Origin: Candidatus Melainabacteria bacterium
GTDB lineage: Bacteria; Cyanobacteriota; Vampirovibrionia; 2-02-FULL-35-15
DNA length: 64,000 nt
Direction: 5' to 3'
Assembly (NCBI GenBank): GCA_023250155.1
Contig: JAHFBG010000010.1
Coordinates: 17,832 to 81,831 of the forward strand
Of the stretch, positions 58,211 to 64,000 are shown in pieces. A program made the position numbers and the translations under genes. The notes below the pieces were generated by a model. The model worked only from the letters and a program-made list of their open reading frames with translations, was not told the origin of the DNA and searched no databases. Each line of letters begins with the position of its first letter. The stretch's first letter is position 1.

Positions 58211-60436
58211 ATGTCAAACACTATCTCCAAAACTAGAATAAATGCTCCCCTTCCAAGCAATGGATTAGATAAAAAAAATGAAACATTGTTAAATACACCC
58301 TCCAAGCAAACTTTATCAAACAATACTACCTGTAAAAAAAACAAAGAAAAACCTCAACGCTTTTTAAATCAAAAAAATATATTAGAAAGGTTTATTAAAG
58401 AAATTGAAGATGCAATAAAAGAAGGTAACTATAATTTAGCAATTGATTTATACACTCTAATCAAACCTTCCATACAGCAAAAAGCAACTAATAAACCTAA
58501 GATTAACAATACACAGCCTGACAAACCTCTATCTAATAGACTTCTTGATGCATATGAGCAAATTATAAATCCTAAAATAGAAAATTCGGAATCATTTACA
58601 CTAGCCTATTTAAACCTGCTTGTTGAATTGGCTATTTTCTTTAAGATGTATGGAGCACACTTCCCAAAACCTTTATATTTTGAAGGTCTTAGTGAGCAAA
58701 TTTTTCAAAAGCATCAACATAAAACTCCTAATATACTTGCTCCACGAGAAGACCTAGGTATCTGGAATAGAATTAAATACTATTTTAGAAAAACTGAGTC
58801 CTTGTTTTTTAAACCCCAACAAACTATTCTTGAAAATCTTGCTTTCAAATTAGCTGGTATTGGAATGCTTATATCATCTCCAATAAATCTAATGATTATT
58901 GAGCAAAGAATTGCGATAAATAAATTCGTAAAACAAACATATAACTTAAAGTACAGAGTAGCAGAAATAATCAATTCTTTTCATGAAAGGAATGGCTTAG
59001 TAATTGATAATAGGATTAAAAGCTTGTTTCATAGAGAGGATAAAAAGAACATTGAGATTGCAATTCTAAAAGAACCTAGTAACTTTACAAGCCTCATCTT
59101 ATTAACCAAGTTATTAAAACATGGTTTTCAAATTCCTATTATTGTACAGGAAGAAGAGGTAGTTAAGAATGGTAACAATATAGTGAACATAGCAATAAAT
59201 GGAACAATTGAGAGTGAAGATGAATTAACACTATTAAAAGCAGGTTCTTCAAGAACCAATGCTAACTTTATTTTACCGTTAACAGATTCTATAAAGTTTA
59301 TAGAACAAGGAGGAAATAAAATCGCTACTGTGTCTTCTGGATTAATGTTCAAAGAAGACAAGCCCGTATTTGTAAAATTTAACACCCCATTACCACTGCA
59401 TTATATAGTTAATTATGCTGATGACAACCTGGATAAAAGAATCAAAGAATATGGTATTCCTACTGCTCAGGCTACATTAGCAGAAGAATATATCAATGAA
59501 AAAGATATAAGTACTACTATTCTTGCTAGGAATGGAATTAATGTTCCTAAAACTATTTCTATTATTGGACATAATAGTGATCACCATTTTATTAACAAAC
59601 ACCGAACCAATAGTTCTAATTGTTATTTTGTAAATATTAATGAGCCTGAAAAATCAAGAGAAACAGTAAAGCAAATTATTGACAATTTTATAACTTCAAA
59701 CAATCTCAATACTCCATTTCAATTAATCGTTGTCAAACCAAATAATTTAAGTGGAGGAAGAGGCGTTGAATTTTTTTATTGGCCTGATATCCGTTTCATG
59801 ACAAGTTCTACAATAAGATTGTTAGAGTCAGGGAATAATGTAGTTATTCAAGAGCGTATTCTGCCACCATTAATGGCGCAAAAAAATAATTCAGAAGATT
59901 CTAGTACTGAAAAGAGAGTTCAATATGATTGGAATTTACGTGTATTTGTTTCAAATATCCCTGGAAAAGGACCTGTTGTAAGTGATATATTAGTAAGAAT
60001 TGCTAAATATGGTACCCCTGTGAATATTTGTCAGGGTGCACAATGTGACTTATTAGAATCCATTGCACTAGAAAGTAATATTTCTAATGATATGTTAATT
60101 CACTTACAAAATGACATTGCTGATATTTCAAAACGAGCTTATCTGGCAATTAAAGAATCTATGATCAAAGACAAAAACATTAAACCTAATGAAGATATAT
60201 CTGATTTTATGGGAATAGATATAATAGTCAAACAAGAGCAAGATAAATTAGTTCCTTATATAATTGAATTAAATGATTTTCATTCTGGTGGTATGTGGGA
60301 CTTTGATAATTATATTGATAGTATGGATGAAGCTGTATATAGAGAGAGAAAAGGGAAGCCTTGCAAAGACTGGATAGAAACTATGCTTACCAAAGCACAA
60401 CAATATAAGTCTACAATCCTTCAACAATCTTCATAA
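58211..60436 (+). CDS. ATP-grasp protein with tubulin-tyrosine-ligase-like (TTL-like) C-terminal domain
   Basis: LIVVKPNNLSGGRGVEFF, VVIQERILPP...WNLRVFVSN and FMGIDIIVKQ...YIIELNDFHSG match the TTL-family order of ATP-grasp motifs. Confidence 0.55.
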   Translation: MSNTISKTRINAPLPSNGLDKKNETLLNTPSKQTLSNNTTCKKNKEKPQRFLNQKNILERFIKEIEDAIKEGNYNLAIDLYTLIKPSIQQKATNKPKINNTQPDKPLSNRLLDAYEQIINPKIENSESFTLAYLNLLVELAIFFKMYGAHFPKPLYFEGLSEQIFQKHQHKTPNILAPREDLGIWNRIKYYFRKTESLFFKPQQTILENLAFKLAGIGMLISSPINLMIIEQRIAINKFVKQTYNLKYRVAEIINSFHERNGLVIDNRIKSLFHREDKKNIEIAILKEPSNFTSLILLTKLLKHGFQIPIIVQEEEVVKNGNNIVNIAINGTIESEDELTLLKAGSSRTNANFILPLTDSIKFIEQGGNKIATVSSGLMFKEDKPVFVKFNTPLPLHYIVNYADDNLDKRIKEYGIPTAQATLAEEYINEKDISTTILARNGINVPKTISIIGHNSDHHFINKHRTNSSNCYFVNINEPEKSRETVKQIIDNFITSNNLNTPFQLIVVKPNNLSGGRGVEFFYWPDIRFMTSSTIRLLESGNNVVIQERILPPLMAQKNNSEDSSTEKRVQYDWNLRVFVSNIPGKGPVVSDILVRIAKYGTPVNICQGAQCDLLESIALESNISNDMLIHLQNDIADISKRAYLAIKESMIKDKNIKPNEDISDFMGIDIIVKQEQDKLVPYIIELNDFHSGGMWDFDNYIDSMDEAVYRERKGKPCKDWIETMLTKAQQYKSTILQQSS

Positions 60437-60479
60437 ACTCATAAAAAAATATTTGTTTTATAGTGTACAATTTTAATAA

Positions 60480-61811
<1,332 letters not shown>

Positions 61812-61816
61812 AATAT

Positions 61817-64000
61817 TTAAGGCTTAAACACACAAATCCCATTGTTGCAATCATGTTGAACTGGTGGGCAATCAGCATTGGTTATACAATTTATATTCCA
61901 GCACTTACCCTGAAAACAAATTTGATCTTTTCTACAATCAATACTTCTTAAACAAACTAATGGTAGTTTAATACACTTATTATTTATTCCACACTTTTCA
62001 TTGTTATTGCAGTCATTGTCTAATTGACAAGTCTTTGCAGGTTCACATATACCTTTTTGAGAATTGCATTGCCTATCTCCACACTGAATGTTACTTGTAC
62101 ATTTTGTAAGACATTGACCATTTTCACAAGCCTGATTTATGCCACATACTATATTTGAACAAGTAATAGGAATTACAGCACAATCTCCTCGTGAGCCTTC
62201 ACATGGACTCGTGCAACGACCACCATTACAAACACTTCCTCTATTACAATCAGTATTGTTATTGCAAGTTTGAGTCCCAGTTCTTGGAATACAGATGCCC
62301 TTTTGAGTATCACAGTCCTCATCTAAGTTATCACAATCCTCATTTCTCTGACAAACCTCTGGCATGGGTTTTAAAACACAAATACCTCTTTGTGAATCAC
62401 AGCTTTGTCCCATTGTGGAATCGCAATCATCATCTCTGTCACATGTTTTAGGTTTTACACAAGTTTTTGTACTGTCATCACAGACTTCCCCTTTTGGTTT
62501 ATCACAATCATCATCTCTCTTACAAACTTTTGGTATACCTGGTTTTACTACACACTTTCCGTTCTTACATACTCCAATGCTTCCACACTCACTATTCTTT
62601 TTACAAAACTTTGGTACACAAATTTTGGTTGGATAATCCTCAGGACAGTTATCTTCAGCTGTCTTTGTACAAACTGATCCTCTTGGTGATTCTATACATA
62701 AACCACTTGCACACTCAGAATTATCTGTGCACTCCTTACAGTCAGGGTTCTTGGCATAAGTACACACTCCAGTTACAGCATCACATGTATCATTCGTACA
62801 AGAATTTCCATCATCACAAGACTTCTCAGTACCCGTACATTTGCCACTGGTACATCGATCATTAGCTGTGCAAGAATTTCCATCATCACAGCTCTCTCCA
62901 TTTATACAGCCTGATGAGCTTTGTATATTTTTACATATTCCTTTAAACAAACTACACTGACAAGTAATTGGATTAAAATAAGTCCCTGCTGGACATTTTA
63001 CTGATGGACACTCACACATGCATGTACTACTATTGAATACTTTTGGTGGATCACATATGCCGTCACAATCAGCGTCTCTTGTACCACTACCACTACTTGA
63101 ACTTGTACTACTTCCTATACTTCCAAAGACGCCAGAGAATGTTCCACCTGAACTACTACTAGTGCTACTGCTATTACTTCCTGAACTATCACATGTACAA
63201 GTAACCGTGTTGAGAATAGTTCCTACCGGACATACTAGTCCACAGTTATCATTGCTACTTCCTGAACTGCCACTTAAACTTCCAGCTACACCAGAAAATG
63301 TCCCACCTGAGCTGGCATTACCACTTGAGCTAATGCTCCCAGGGACACCTGAAAATGTCTGATTTAAGGTATTGCTAAAAACACATTTTTCTCCTGAAAT
63401 ACAATCACTGTCAGTATTGCATAAACCGTCTTCACAAATACAATTATTTCCTTGGCATCTAAGCTTTTCACAAACCCTATTTAACGGACATAAACACTCT
63501 CCATCATTATTGCAACTGCATTGAGGATCGCTTGAACACATTCCTTCTCTACAAATAGCATTTGGTTTGCAAAAACATCCTTTATAAGTACAAATACACG
63601 GATGATTAGAATCCCCAAGAAGCGCTATGCCCACTCTATTCAAACAAATGTTTGTAACCGTTGGGAGAATTCTTTGATCTAATTTGCCATCTTTAAAAAT
63701 CAAGTTAGAGTTTGCACATAATATTTGCTCTGAACACGAAGCAATAAAATCACTTAATTTATTTTGTATTTTATCTAATCGTTTTTTAGCTTGTTGTTGC
63801 TTCAATTCACTCTTATCAATCTTATTTAAATCTGGTATTTTTGATGAAGCTTCTTCTTCTGTTATGTTTAAACGCCCTATGTTCTTTAAAGAGTTTCTTT
63901 CATCCTCGCTAAGATAGACACTAAGCGGCCCCATATTACCGCTACTACTAGATGCGTTTTGATTTAGTCTTACAATTGCTTCTTGTAATCCTGCTTCTGC
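61817..64000 (-). CDS. Secreted cysteine-rich repeat protein (EGF-like / CxxDDDCD and CDDGNSCT modules, Ser-rich linkers); frame stays open upstream of the ATG at 63934 to the window end, so the 5' end may lie outside the window
   Basis: Over 100 Cys in regular spacings. The frame upstream of 63934 has no stop before the window edge. Confidence 0.6.
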   Translation of the reverse strand, partial: AEAGLQEAIVRLNQNASSSSGNMGPLSVYLSEDERNSLKNIGRLNITEEEASSKIPDLNKIDKSELKQQQAKKRLDKIQNKLSDFIASCSEQILCANSNLIFKDGKLDQRILPTVTNICLNRVGIALLGDSNHPCICTYKGCFCKPNAICREGMCSSDPQCSCNNDGECLCPLNRVCEKLRCQGNNCICEDGLCNTDSDCISGEKCVFSNTLNQTFSGVPGSISSSGNASSGGTFSGVAGSLSGSSGSSNDNCGLVCPVGTILNTVTCTCDSSGSNSSSTSSSSGGTFSGVFGSIGSSTSSSSGSGTRDADCDGICDPPKVFNSSTCMCECPSVKCPAGTYFNPITCQCSLFKGICKNIQSSSGCINGESCDDGNSCTANDRCTSGKCTGTEKSCDDGNSCTNDTCDAVTGVCTYAKNPDCKECTDNSECASGLCIESPRGSVCTKTAEDNCPEDYPTKICVPKFCKKNSECGSIGVCKNGKCVVKPGIPKVCKRDDDCDKPKGEVCDDSTKTCVKPKTCDRDDDCDSTMGQSCDSQRGICVLKPMPEVCQRNEDCDNLDEDCDTQKGICIPRTGTQTCNNNTDCNRGSVCNGGRCTSPCEGSRGDCAVIPITCSNIVCGINQACENGQCLTKCTSNIQCGDRQCNSQKGICEPAKTCQLDNDCNNNEKCGINNKCIKLPLVCLRSIDCRKDQICFQGKCWNINCITNADCPPVQHDCNNGICVFKP

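Noticed and set aside
58126-58344. Minus-strand 72-aa ORF and a locally GC-rich stretch at 58130-58195 that might be an sRNA
   Set aside because: The ORF overlaps the start of the TTL-like gene in antisense. The GC-rich stretch has no recognisable structure or terminator, so I cannot support an RNA call.
62191-63362. Several plus-strand ORFs (His/Tyr/Leu-rich) opposite the Cys-rich gene
   Set aside because: Antisense frames of TGY/CAY-rich codons in the 705-aa minus-strand Cys-rich gene. No independent signals.

Overview
This is a 64-kb, AT-rich (roughly 30% GC) bacterial chromosomal window with compact, mostly protein-coding content. About 60 genes are supported. Housekeeping genes include an RsuA/RluE-type pseudouridine synthase, AcpS, type II 3-dehydroquinate dehydratase, E. 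coli-type argininosuccinate synthase, an aguB-aguA agmatine-to-putrescine pair, a UDP-sugar epimerase, two NUDIX hydrolases, GNAT acetyltransferases, a DUF255 thioredoxin-like protein and an HdrD/GlpC-like Fe-S oxidoreductase. Interspersed are accessory-type genes: a 2074-aa secreted LamG plus beta-propeller giant protein, a matrixin-like metalloprotease, cysteine-rich and serine-rich secreted proteins, P450-like and TTL-like ATP-grasp proteins, a dockerin/EF-hand-repeat protein, two toxin-antitoxin pairs (HepT/MntA and MazF-like) and a GC-rich island carrying a SnoaL-like gene. One RNA gene is present: a tRNA-Asn(GUU) whose anticodon loop is split by a ~507-nt group-I-like intron encoding an HNH endonuclease. 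The most striking locus is 39.2-51.4 kb. It holds three tandem paralogous genes for 1254-1321-aa proteins with no family or domain I can recognise from sequence, each with a conserved N-terminal ~110 aa, a divergent array of ~36-40-aa helical repeats and a conserved His/Cys-rich C-terminal ~480-aa domain. Two of the three are translationally coupled (ATGA overlap) to small proline-rich ORFs that share a PGICPI C-terminal motif. I found no rRNA, CRISPR array or recognisable IS/transposase. The eukaryote-like domain load and the TA modules suggest a host-associated (possibly amoeba-associated) bacterium, but that is inference.
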